The translations under genes were made by a program, and so were the position numbers. DNA of 64,000 bases from Psilocybe cubensis (taxonomy: Eukaryota), in NCBI GenBank assembly GCA_017499595.2, contig CM039004.1, positions 1,116,001 to 1,180,000 on the forward strand, written 5' to 3'. A model generated the notes under the pieces. That model was not told the DNA's origin. It ran no database searches and saw nothing but the letters and a program-made list of their open reading frames with translations. Below, piece after piece: positions 49,956 to 62,670 of the stretch (positions are counted from its first letter, which is position 1; each line of letters opens with the position of its first letter).

Positions 49956-50058
49956 GTGTGAGTTCAAAGACGAGGGTATAGATTAGCCATGCTCTGGTCA
50001 AGAGCAAGAACCGGCTATTCAAAATAAAGTAAACTCGCGTAAGCTGATGGTCATGCTG

Positions 50059-50349
50059 CAGCGATGGTAAAGTCATTGACTAGTCAATGACACCCCATGA
50101 CTAGTCACCATAGTCATGACTCGGTCAATGCCCATCAATTGACTGGTCAACTGTAACGTGACTTGATTTCTTTACATAATCAGTCATCAGATAACGGTCA
50201 CCTTAGATGACCAAGTCACAAAACCGTTGCCAGTCATCACGTGATTACAAAGTCATTGACTAGTCACCTCAGAGTCAATGACTAGTCATCACCCCATCAC
50301 GAGTCATTGACCCATCAAACGTTGACCGGTCATTGACTCACCAACGCTG
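50059..50349. mobile_element. hAT-like MITE (291 bp) with 8-bp TSD
   Basis: Perfect 8-bp direct repeat TCATGCTG at 50051-50058 and 50350-50357. Termini CAGCGATGGT../..ACCAACGCTG form an imperfect ~30-bp TIR. Several subterminal TGACTAGTCA-type palindromes at both ends. Confidence 0.85.
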
Positions 50350-50791
50350 TCATGCTGACCCTTGCTCTTTCTGCGGGCGTATGACCGATTACAAAATCAA
50401 ATTTGAAGTTTTTGGACATAACACTAAAGATAAGTTATAAAGTATTGAAGGGATATCGCCAGTGCGACTCCTCAAGGCACTGGCTCTCTTGCATATGTTC
50501 GAAACAGAACATGGGGGATACATAATTTAACTACTGGATTCAAACAAATGAGCTTGCAAAGAAAATAAGAGGAAATTGGCATGAAGTGGCGGTTTGGATC
50601 CATCAACAGTGTTTGTACATGTTAGAGATCAGTATCGTTTGATGGCAACATTTTCCTTATATGGTACAAAAGCGCTGATCCCTCAACTCAAGCTCGATTT
50701 TGAAAAAATCTTGATTGAAATTTTCGTCGAGAGGGTAGGAAAACAAGTTTCCGATGAATTTTGGACTTAGTAAAAATTAACAAATAAAGGT

Positions 50792-50901
50792 CTGCCCCGG
50801 AGAGACTCGAACTCTCGATCTTCCGATCGTTGGATCACGTGATCATAAATCACATGCTGTGATTAACAGTCGGACGCCGTAACCAACTAAGCCACGGGGC
50901 A
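50792..50901 (-). tRNA. tRNA-Asn (GTT) with a 36-nt intron (50828-50863)
   Basis: Acceptor stem TGCCCCG/CGGGGCA plus G discriminator, D-arm TGGCTTAGTTGGTT, anticodon stem TCCGA/TCGGA with CT-GTT-A, intron at the canonical 37/38 position, T-arm GAGAG-TTCGAGT-CTCTC. Confidence 0.93.
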
Positions 50902-52181
50902 CATATTATGCGTTGAAAGTTTACTTTACAGAACCGACAAGTAAATTCCAACACCACCTTTTTGGCTTTCTTCAATTTTTTTTTTCTTTTTGAATCTGTT
51001 TATTATCGTGCAACAAGCAATCTAGGTGCTAAGACGCACGGGTGAGTGATGCTCACCTCTCTACGCTAATCTATCTACCTACTAAATATTAGTTATCGAT
51101 GTTTGTATATCTAAGAGATCATCTATAAGTACGGCTTTCTTCATTTCCTGCAATGTCCAACAACGCTCAACTAGCTTTCATGCCCTTTTCTGCTCGACCC
51201 GACCCCAGGTGTTTGCAAATACCAACGCATTGCCTATGATGACCCATATTTGCTACATATAAACATAAATTTTTGGGCGGTGAGCCTCCCTTTTGATATT
51301 TGGCTTCGTTATTGGCTTTTGTTTCTCAGTCTCGCTCGTTGAATCCGTATCTCCAGACGTGATATCCATGTCTGATCATTTATTGTCTGGTGGTATTACC
51401 TGAAATATATGGTCACCCGCAGGTTGTGGTTCGCACCTTACCATTCAAATGGTGCCTTATTTCCTGTCGCCGCCCCTCTTCTATCAAGTGACGAGTCAGG
51501 TAACTCTTGTCAACATACTAGGAACAAAGAGGCACGACCCCAACCTCAGGTGCGCAATAAATCTACGAGGACTCTGAAACAAGAAGGTAAGTGACAGGAA
51601 TGAATTTTAAGCCCTGAGTCAACTGGTAGGCGTTGATTCTCTTCCGTTCTTCATCCGTTAAGGATACTCTCCGCTTTCCTTTTCCATTTGACTATGCGTG
51701 CCAGGAGCACCCGCATGTTCGAGTACCTGAGGGATTTTTCTTCCGAACTGCATCTCAGATTGCCTTGGAGAGGCACTCCGTTCCTTTAACATGGTCATCT
51801 TACGGTGTACTTCAGTTTTAAAATCCACAGGAGTCTCAGTGCGGCCTCCCCTTGTGCTCGCATATATCTCCTTTCGAGTTCTACCTGATAATTTCCTTGG
51901 ATGCTTCAAGCCACCATAAATTTATCCACGAGTCTGGAAGGTAGAACTAGAAATCTCATCGTCAGACCTTATTGCCATTGAGCCGTTCCCTTTACTGTCA
52001 GTAGCAAGCAAAAGGAAAGGGGGACACATTTGTATACCATCTTATTATTTGGTCATATAGCTCATAGTAGAAATACAATAAAGAGCACAATAGTGTAGAA
52101 CCCTTCGTCCAGAAGAGCATGTCGAAAGCAAGAAAAATCGAGACAAAGAAAGCGCCCGCTAAATATTTTGATTTTAATGAT

Positions 52182-55100
52182 CTATCTCCTTGGCATTGTT
52201 CCACTAGACGGTGAGGTATTATCGAAATATCCATCTCGACTGTAATACGCATTACCAGCTGGTCCATTCGAGGGAAGAGGTACTGGTGCATAAGCTTGCT
52301 TATGAGGGGGATGTGTCGGTGAGTAATACTGTGCTGTAGAGGCACTGGACGGTGCTTGTGACGGTGCATAATGGTGCGCGGCAGAAAAAGAAGAAGCATA
52401 GGAATGTGATGGCACATGTCCAGGAGTATATGTTCCGTAGACATTGCCTGGCTGTCCAGATGACCCGGCGGGAGATATTGCAGATGAAGGCGTCCCAGAC
52501 GGATACAGAGGAATCGTCGGTATTAGCTCGCATACATGTTGCACTATATTTCTCGTGCGCATTCCTCCAGGGCCAGAGGTTGAATCCGTACTGTTCATCA
52601 CAAAGTGCACCTGAGCCTCCTGAATGACACTGTCGTCGCCAAGATCGTTTACCGTATTCGTCACCGGTGGGCTCACGCCTCTGCCATCCCAAGTACAACG
52701 AACTTCGTTTCCTGAAATGATCTGGGCAAGTCGACCTGTTTCAACATGGCGAATTTCGATGAACCGTGAATCGAACAGGAGAATGTAAGGAGAGTGGAAT
52801 GCAACACGTTCTGCTGTGCCTTCCCACTCAATCGTTCCAAAAGATCGACATGGGTCTCCATGCTTGTCCACATACAAACCGAACTCTGTTGGAACAATAT
52901 TGGGTAAATCTGCATAAAGATAAAACGTCGAGGCGCACCATCGTAACACAGCAGGAATTCTTCGTCTGTAGACCGGAACATTCCCAAAGGCCTTGCTGAC
53001 TCACAACGTTTCGCAAGCTGAGCATGACGGGGGTCTTCTCGTTGAGGAATTGTAATACTGTCAAAGCTATTTGCAAAGGAGTCAGGACGTCATGACGTAT
53101 TACAAAGTTCAGAGGCTTACTCGTGCAGGTTCATGATCTCAAACCCTTTGGCGCAGAAGATGGCAATTCTAGCTTTGAGGAAGATGACGTCAAAAGAGTC
53201 GGAAGGCAGGAAAAAGTCCCTGTATATCCTGAACCACTCAGACTTGGTAGAACGGAAACCAAGACGAGAACCAAAACCAGCAGGAGCTTTCACCCCTTCG
53301 TTGATTTTATCACCAACGGGCTCAAGCACTCGGAAGATGCTGTTCAGCTACGTGAAAGCAGGCGCGTCAGTGTGACAAAAGTACACATATGCACCATCAT
53401 ACCGATTTCTTCTTCATGTAGATGATTAATGTACGCCCTTGTAGTGTTCCAACACTGAAGAAATGAACATCCTTCGTTCCACTGAGCTTCTGAGGGACCT
53501 GTGATGTATGAGCTCCATGTGGAGATGACGGTACGAGTGCCTCAATGTGATAGGCAAACAGTGCCTTAAGACAGTCGTTGTGAGTGAAAATCCGAGGTTC
53601 GTTGAAAAATTACAAACCTTGTCAGCGAGAACAAGGAAAATACCAAAATCTTCCAGCATAGCACATTGCGTGACCATCTTCAAGTGCAACACACGACGAA
53701 TGGCTTGATAATATTTTAGTGGAGAGCAGTCAGATAAAAAAGATAGGCCACATACATTTAGGATCGTGTCGGAAACCAATCCACACTCCTTCTGTACAAC
53801 CAATAGCGACAAGAGCACGGCCATCCGGAGTATCTACAAGAAAATCAGTATCCAACCTTAATAGAAAAGTCATAATAGCGCACTGAATGGAACAGAGCAG
53901 GTCACCTTCCCGGTATATTGGTTATCCTGGTTCCATGCCGGGCCTGTTGCATTGGCAGCAATGGATGGCATTATAAACGTATCTCTGCTGAGATACTCGA
54001 TCTCGAATACTTTGTTAGACTCCTGTACAGCTTTGCGAAGTCCAAGAGCATCTTCTAGCTTCGCTTTCCACTCGGCTCGTATCTGCGCCGATTCAGCATA
54101 TAGGATGTAGGGACCACCAGTTCTTCCATTGTGATGCAGTGTGAGGGGGTATACCGAACGTGAATCAGTAGCGCTTTCCGGAGAAAGACCAGGATTCATG
54201 CTTGCGCCATCGTGCTTTTCTCCACCTCTCAAATTCCTCAAAATGCCTGCACTTCTTTGAGTCGGGGGGTCAGTAAAGTTGACGAGGGTCAGGAGGTCTA
54301 GTGGGATAGGCTAAAATGATGTTAGCTGAGATAAAAACGACATGAATAGAACTTACTCTACGATTGACTTGATATTTGGTAACACCATCCTTTTCCTTCG
54401 TTTTGGTCATCACCACTATCTCAACATCAGCAACCGATAACGGAAAGAAATGTAAAACTTACAATAATTATCGAAGAGAAGAACATGTAATTCACTCCAT
54501 CCGTTCCACTCAAGGCCACTATCAGGTTGCCGGAGTAATTTTCCTGAGTGTATAAGAGACCGGTTTTGATCCAAAAGATCCATATCCTGTTTAAAAATCA
54601 GCTCCGACATACTACATCCTACACATTAATGCTCACAATGGCTTCTCCCGGTTTGAAAACCAGATTGGCATTGTAACGCCAAACTTCCACCTTCTGCTTA
54701 GCCGAGAACACACCAGGTTCCGACTCCTTTCCAAGGGCTTTGATGACATCGATGACCTGAGGAATAGCTTCATGGTCATCGTGTCCCTCAGGCGTTTCTT
54801 CCATGATGCCTTTCAGCAAGAGTTCATACCGAAGTAGACGAGGTATAGGTCTGTTGATGAAATTTTTCATGTCGAGGCGATGTGCGTCAGGGTGGCGAAC
54901 ACATTGCTACGAATATAGAACTATAATCACAATACTGTTTCCGCGATCCCTTTTTTAAAGACTTACATCAACAAACGTTTTAAAAGGAAGATTGTTGGCC
55001 ATTTCATCATCAATTCGGTATGCAGCAATCGGATAATTGGGGATATATTCCATGTACGCCTCTCGGAAGTTGAGAGCTGCATCGAACAAAGCGGCAGTGA

Positions 55101-58100
55101 TAGTTCGAATCTGAGGATGCTGTTCACGCTGAATTTCGTGGAGATTGTCAACTAGCTTTTTGTGGTGTTCGTAAAGCTCATCGTAGTTGTGAAAGACGTC
55201 GTGGATGAACTGTTCCAATCTATCACGGGCTATGATTGGAGGCTCAGCCGATCGTAAGGGAACAATATATATCTATTCAAAAGTGAGCCATGTCCCAAAG
55301 TGAAAGTTGTGATGGCCTGACATTGTAAATGTTTTCCAAGTCTTTCACGTAGGCCATCTCTCCTTTAATCAATTCAAAGATGATTCTGTCTAAAATGTTA
55401 AAAAAGTAACGAATAACAGAATAATCAAACTTACGCTTGACGCTTCTGCTCTTTTTTCGACAAGTGCTCCCTGATTTCAGTAGATACTATATCATGCCAT
55501 TCCCACTTCCCAGGAGTTCCTTTGCCCATGGCAGCCTGGAAGGTGCGCAACTGAGATATAGATTGCAAATTCTTGATTGCTTCAATGGCTTCCACTAAAA
55601 ATTCGCCGTCACTATTCTCCGCAACAGTTTCGTGGAGCACAGCTTCAAGCAAAACCGGGTATTTCTGCAGGTGCTCAGCTGGGCGGTTGAGGAAATGTTT
55701 GAGATCAAGACGCGGCGAGTCACCAGAGCGCGATGATTGTTGACGAGAGCATTGCTGAGGATCAAATTTTAGATTGCCATAATATTACGCCTGAGAGTAC
55801 TTGCCTCTAAAAACAGTCTGAATTCAGAGTTGGAGTCCATTTCATCCTTCAACCTCTTCTCCGAAATTGGATAGTGACCGATATATGTCGGGTATGCAAA
55901 CCTAAACTCTGCCGCTGCTTGTAGGAATATATCTCCTATTCGGAGGATAATTGGCCCCTCTTCTCTCTGACGGACGTTCATAACTTCAAGTAACCGTCGA
56001 TTGCATTCTCGCAGGTCTAAAATGTTGCCAAAGATATCGTCGATGACATCTTCCAAAACATCGGGAGCAAATATTGGAGGGTTTGCTGCGCGTAAGGGTT
56101 TGATGAAAACGGATTCCACAAGGTCCAGATCCTGAATGTATTGTTTCTCCTTGTCAATGAGCTTGTGAATGATGCTAAAGGCAGTAATGAGACAGGTATA
56201 TCTTCGAAAATCAAAACAGATAGCTACATACTTCTGGCGACTGATTTCGCTTGCAGGCAAAGATTTAATCACCGCAGGGTCAATGGATTTAGACCATTCT
56301 TCCTCTCTGACAACTACAGGCACTTCCGGTTGGGCGGCAGGGATATCATAAGCATAATTTCCCTTAAAAGAGGTCAAATTAACTAAACTATTAAAAGGGA
56401 GGAGATCAAAGTACACACCTTCCTAGGACACGTATAAGAATAACAAGGGATCCCGTCTCCACAGCTTGGAGAATAACACCTAGTCAACATGGTAATGACG
56501 CCCGTTGGTAATTCTTCGCGTTCTGGTACCGCATCGGAAGCACCATCCACATCATCAAGAAACATGTAAACATCTTCAACTCCATCCTGCAAGACATGGC
56601 CTCCCCATTCAACTTCGTAAAAGAAAAGCTGACTTTGAAGGCTTCGAGCGACATGTAGAGCGACACGACGATCATTAGTAGACACTCCATGATTTATCGC
56701 AAGCTCCCGCTGGATTTGAGTTTGTATGGTCGACTAAAAAATAAATGTAGGTGAGCGATACTCCTCAGAACATTAAAAGGTCAAAGCTTCATACCACAAT
56801 GTCTTTGCCTGTAAAAGCACGGGGATAAGGGATACTACCCTTGACATGTGTACCTCTCGGCACCTTGTCACGCAACTGCATGGCGATATGAGAAAGTAAG
56901 GAAAAATTCACAAAGCGTGCTTCGTCCTCTTCATCCTCGTCTTCCCAATAATCGTCCGCAGGATCATCAAGGAGCTCCACCGGAGCATTACCGGAATAGT
57001 CGGCTAAGGTCTTCAACATGTCGGTAGGACGTCTTACAAAATTACTCGGCCCTCCACTTGGATCAACCACTTCTTGATCGTCGTCGTAGGTATAGGAATC
57101 AGGGTCCCAGTTATCTTCCTCTCTGGAATTTCGATCAGAACTTCTGGAAGGTCCCGCTTCAGGTTGTTGACCAGCTTGGGGAGAAATGAGTTGGGCCCCG
57201 TTGTCGAAGAAATTGTTTTTGGTGGCGCTTCCCGTAACATTTTTCGGAGCGAAATCAGACGATCCGTCATCTGAAATCACAGTTATGATTAATGAGTGTG
57301 GAAAGTTAAACAAAATAAACCATACAGGGTGAGAGTGCAATGGGTGACGCAGCATACGTTGTCGTTTGAGGATAGGAAGAGTACTGTTCGTGCCCATTGG
57401 TTGGGATTTTAGGCGGTAGTGGAGGTGGAGCAGATGGATGGGAGGAATGTTGAATGCGGGACGAGTGTGTATTTGGTGCGGTTTGGTACTTGTAATCAAC
57501 CTCACGGTCATCTAGATCATACGCGTTAAAAGGATTCTCTGAATATGAGGGGCGTGTGGATGAGTCGTTATAGGTGGATGGCTTGGGAGGTAACGCGGGA
57601 GGAGATGCCCCAGAAGGTCGAGTGTGACTAGTTCCAGAGCTACTTGTCGATCCAAGCTGCGTCGTGAATGAAGGTGCTGTAGAATATGATGACAACGACC
57701 CGTGGGGTCTGTAATCATCTGAGGAAATCGGTGTTCTCTGCCCGTCGTCCAAAACCTGAGTATAATCATTGGAATATCCTGAGACAGAAGGCAAAGCACG
57801 CTCCGTAAAGTTGATATCGCTGGCGATAGCGGCCTTCCTATTATCAATAGAGGGCCCTCCAGCAGAGAGGGAACCGGCTGAGATAGGGCTGTAAGTATCT
57901 TGGGACGATCCTGAAGGGCGATATGGGACAGGTTCCGGCATTGGATACGATTTCACAGGAGAGTAAGTAGAACTGGTTGAACTACCTGGCGTTGGGGGTA
58001 AACGCCGACGTCCTGTTGGAGATGTAGCTGATGTGGGCGAAGAGGTGTAAGATTCAAACTTCGTATTGACAGGACGGGGACTGGGGGGCAGTCCAGCTGC

Positions 58101-58369
58101 TGGAAACGGAATATCAGAGTAGTGAGGGTATTTCATGATAAATATAACGTACTGTATCGTGCAGGCGGCTTCAACTGAGGGTTGCTGGGTGCCGAAGAGG
58201 ATTGTGAGGGGTAGTTATCATCTGCGTATCCGTTATAGATGTTCTCCAAATCACGCTCTGATGATGGTGTCTCTTCGCTGAACTGAGCCCAAACTTCATT
58301 ATAGAGCCGTTGGAGATCCTCTTCGACCGGTGATGCCGACCTCGCATTATGTCCAGACGAAGGAGACAT
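52182..58369 (-). CDS. Rho1-type guanine nucleotide exchange factor (DEP, two DH/RhoGEF, PH, CNH domains), paralog B
   Basis: LRDKVPRGTHVKGSIPYPRAFTGKDIV; IIHKLIDKEKQYIQDL..FLNRPAEHLQKYPVLL; IFELIKGEMAYVKDL..FINRPIPRLLRYELLL; HSGKLLRQ..LFDNY; EFGLYVDKHG..RFIEIRHVETGRLAQII. Exon layout mirrors paralog A. Confidence 0.87.
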
Positions 58370-59373
58370 ATTGCTCAGACCCGTGCTATGTAAGTGGCAA
58401 CCAAAGCCGGAAATGCGAGATGATCCGGGACAACAGACCTGGAGGATGAATGGATAGAGGTCTAATTAGTGGAATTCCCAGCGATGGTACGAAGACGACA
58501 ATTGGCTAAAGCAGTTGTCGTCGTCGAATGGGAGAAAGCATTGGCGGTCTCATCAACGCCCAGCTCGCATTCTCTGTCAAACCTCATGACTTGTCCCGAT
58601 CAGGAAGCAGCTCTGATGGCTTGCTCTATTTTTGTATCAACGCCGGTAATGCCCCCTTATTTTGATTATGCACCAACCGTGATTCCAAAACAAAGACAGT
58701 GGAGCTGCATCACATCTCAAGATAGACTTTCATAAGGTTAAAACTTGGAAAGGGTAATTGCTAAAGCATACAATGGTTTGAACTGCCTACTACCGTAGCA
58801 CGAAAATGAAAAGCGACTCTAATAGTAATAGTAGTGACCTGCAAAAAGGCTATTCTCGACTAACATTTCATACAACAAGCGTTTGAATTAGCAGAGCCTG
58901 AATTGTGTTCATTAGCCCTCGAGCAGGACAGTCGGATTTTGGCAGATGAGTTGGATCATATGGGACAAGAATTCAGGAGAGTGAATATGAAGTTTGGAGC
59001 TCTGGGGTACTCGGAGTCACTAAAATTCGAACTCAACACAATGGTATAGCCTTGGAAAAAAGTAGTTGGAGGTCTGTGATATTAGGTGATATTTAATGTT
59101 TAGCAGTAGAATTCTAAGCCGAGGCTGAAAACTATGAAATTAAAATAAAAACAGAATAAATACAGAATGAGGGTTGCGGAGGGCAAATTTGCAATTGGCA
59201 CAATTCCCAACTTGACAAGTAGCGAGTGGTGAAAGAGAATGGCTCGCCAGTTAACACCGTGGGAATAGTACCCCGTGTCCACATCGCGCGTGCGTCAGCT
59301 AGGTCCCACCTAGTAACTTTGGATTCGTCTCTATACCCAACCGCCTGTTATTAAGCAAACAATATCTACGACT

Positions 59374-60848
59374 ATGGCTGGAGATAAAGACACTTTGTTG
59401 GGCATGGGGTTCGACCCAGCTCGAGTTGAATGTTCGCCTATTTATTGATTATTGATGTCCTTTACAGCGTTCTTACGATATTTATCTATATTCGACCCAT
59501 TAGGGGCCTTAAAGGCTACTGGAAACCGTGGATTACAACCTGCAATGGATCATATTCTTGAGCACGAGGGAGAGGCCGTCCCAGACTTGGGTGCTGTTAG
59601 CGAACAAACAGGCAGTAGATCAGCCCCTATGGATGTTGATGAAGACGATGAAGATGCTGAAGCATTGAAAAGTCTGGGTGCATTGAAAGGAGAGGCCGTT
59701 GAAGCCAAGGTTGCATTCTCTCTATCGACGATTCTACGTTGGACTTACACATTCTTCTTGATCTGTATTGTCAGAGTATCAAATGTTCTGAATGTGGCAA
59801 GATATTCAAAAACACGGCATTGGCCAACTTCCACGCTGAAAAAAGTGGGCACGACCAATTTGAAGAATCTACTGAGGAGGTGATGCACCCTTTTTTTGAC
59901 TATGTAGAGCTCATTCTCAAAAATTGTGTAGATCAAACCTTTAACCGAAGAGGAGAAGAAGCAGAAGCTGCAAGAACTGAAAGAAAAAATGGCCGCAAAG
60001 CGTGCCAACAAAGCAGTCGAAGAGGCTAAGGAGCACAAAGCCAATGAGGCTCTTCGACGGAAGGCCGGCAAGGTTAGCTTCATCATTATATCATGTATTG
60101 GCAAAGAAGTATCTACCAAACATTCTTAGGATATGCACAAGATCAGAGAAGAGCTGATGGCAAAAGAAGCTATCAAGGAAGCGGAGGCGAAGAGACGAGG
60201 TCCGTTTGTTCAAAACCCTTTGAGCTATCATTTCCTCATCGTGAATGTTCCGAATAGAAAAGATCGAAGACGCCAAAGCTAAGGCTGCTATCAAAGCACA
60301 AATTGAGGCGGATAAGAAAGCGAGGGCAGAAAAGGCTGCTAGGGAGAAAGCCCTGCGCGAAGGCCAGCCAGTCCTGGATTCATCTGCTTCAGCTGGCCCA
60401 TCTCGTCCGGCAGCTGCACCTGTAGCTACAGTAGCAGGAAAGGATTTCAAAGAAACAAGACTCCAGATTCGTATGTCAACCGGTGGGCAACCTTACACTA
60501 CTACATTATCCAGTGATGCACGTAAGGGTTCTGTATATTCTTTCTCGTTTCTGTTGTTTAGTTTGGTTGTAGCACTTCGTGAGGTCGCCGAATACCTAGG
60601 TGGTCAACTTGCGACTGTGAATGTTGAGACAGTGACTTTTGCTCAGCATTTCCCAAGGTACGATTTAGTTCCCTCTGTGCTTTCCCATTCTTAACAGCCC
60701 CTCAGAAAAACATTTTCACGCGAAGATTTTTCAAAATCTCTGAAAGATCTTGGACTTACCCCTTCCGCTGTTAGTGTTAACTTCATATCACGTCTTCTCA
60801 AGTCATCGCTTATCCCAGCTTTGATAGGTGCTCATCGCAACACCCTAA
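59374..60848 (+). CDS. UBA - C2H2 - coiled-coil - UBX protein (UBXN1/SAKS1-like Cdc48 cofactor)
   Basis: MAGDKDTLLGMGFDPARVEWALKATGN..AMDHILEH (UBA); IKCSECGKIFK..FHAEKSGHDQFEESTEEIKPLTEEEK; ETRLQIR..FAQHFPRKTF..SLKDLGLTPSAVLI (UBX). Stop TAA 60846-60848. Confidence 0.85.
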
Positions 60849-61022
60849 TTGCTTTCTGTACCACAACCTGTAAATTAGACGCTCATTACCAATGTGAAGC
60901 CATCTGAAAAATGAATATCCTCTCCAGTTGAGTGGTCGTTCAAAGAACATCATCACCAACGCATATGTGATTATTGCAACAGTAGCAAGTCGCAACATCC
61001 CTAACGCTGCTGCGGTCTTTCT

Positions 61023-62670
61023 TCAAATAAATTCTAAAACAGAAATTTTTCCATCATCACGACCTAGAGCTATCTTCCCATCTCTTTCGTCTAGCGCTAT
61101 GCGAACCCAGCTATCTTCTTCCTGATAGGCATAGACCGACTCAGCCCTCGTAGTTGCAATTTGATCAGACAACTCTATCTCGTCATTGTCGCCTTCAACG
61201 AATCCTGAAAATCTCCCCGCCAATCTCTGACCACGATCTGCGTGATTGAAATAATCTTCGGTGTGACTATCCGTCCACAAGATTGTGCCATACGGTCCAA
61301 CAGCCAAGTCTGATATTGCATGTAACCGAACAGGAGAGGCAATTGTCTCCTGCAGTACAGGAGGAAATTGATAAGGCAGGTTCCCCGTGTTTATGGGTCC
61401 ATCATTCAAGAAGAAGCGATTGGGCCGGATCTCATAGTGGTGGAGGAGATTTATCGCCTGCATAAGAGACTTGGTTAGTATACTTGAGATTTTGTCACTG
61501 TTGTCCCGTGCGAAACTAACCCATGGATAATAACTTCCGTAGCGTAACACTACGCAGATGTCATTGAACCTCCTTGTTCCAGGACGCTGCCGAATTGTCA
61601 TGACCCCATTGTCCACCCTCCAGGGAAACTTATAGACGTATATTGGATTAATTACCATGTTGGGCACCGATGCGCTAGTCGACAAGTCCGGCAACGCATA
61701 CAATTCCAGAGTTGAAAGCCTCAACGCTAAAATCAAATCTTTCGTCACGAGAATGTCGACGAGGGGTGTGCTCTGTAAGTTAATAACGAAACGAGGTAAG
61801 TTCGAAATAATCACGGTGCGAAGTATAATTCTGACCAACGGTAATTCAGGATTTCGTATGTCTATTTTCATATGATTCTTCATGTCCCAGAGGGTAAGTC
61901 GTCCATTGTTATCTCTGGTCACCAAAGATGAGCCAGAAAATAGGTGCATTCCATGAGTTTGTGAGTCCTCTGGGTAGGTGGCTAACGTTTTAAAGCCGTT
62001 ATCTGGGTCTGTCGCTTCATGGTCAAGACCCAGAATTTCTATGCTGAAAGTATCATATAAGGCTGATCGTTTAATAAGTTTTAAAAAGAGTACCTACTGT
62101 GGATTCATAATGGCAACAATACCTCCCTCAATGCTGGTTTTGTTCAAGGCCATCCCTGCAAAATGGCGTATGCTTCGTCTAGCGATACAAGTTGATGTCT
62201 GTAGATCCCAGCAATGTAGAACAAAACTTCGAGGCTGCGACATCGATAGAGAAATAAGCCACCGATGGTCGTCGCCGGGCACGAACTGGACCGAAACAAT
62301 TCGATGTTGAGGGGGCGCATTTAAAGATATGCTTCGTTTGAGCGTCGGGGATGCAGAAGTCCAATTATTTCTCAAGGTGATAGCTTTATGCAAGGAAATT
62401 TCCAACTCTTTGGCTGACAGTGACTCGATTAACTTTTGGTTGAGACCAGGAATCGGGATATTTCTTTGAATGGCTTTTTGAAGAAGTGCATCCCAGACGC
62501 TTCGCAGGTTAGACAATTCTAGGAACTCTTTGCAGACCTACCAATCACCGTCAGTCACGTCTAAATAGGAGTGCCTGGCGATGACGTACATATCGACACA
62601 CTCTAATGTCATCAGCCTCCAAGTGACCGAGGATTAATCGAAATATATCTGTCGGTAGTGTCGCAGTCAT
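61023..62670 (-). CDS. F-box protein with a probable beta-propeller-like C-terminus
   Basis: N-terminal F-box MTATLPTDIFRLILGHLEADDIRVCRY|VCKEFLELSNLRSVW, beta-rich repeats, C-terminus WVRIALDERDGKIALGRDDGKISVLEFI. Confidence 0.75.

Noticed and set aside
51000-52150. Short ORFs downstream of RhoGEF-B
   Set aside because: No motifs; likely 3' UTR or intergenic sequence.
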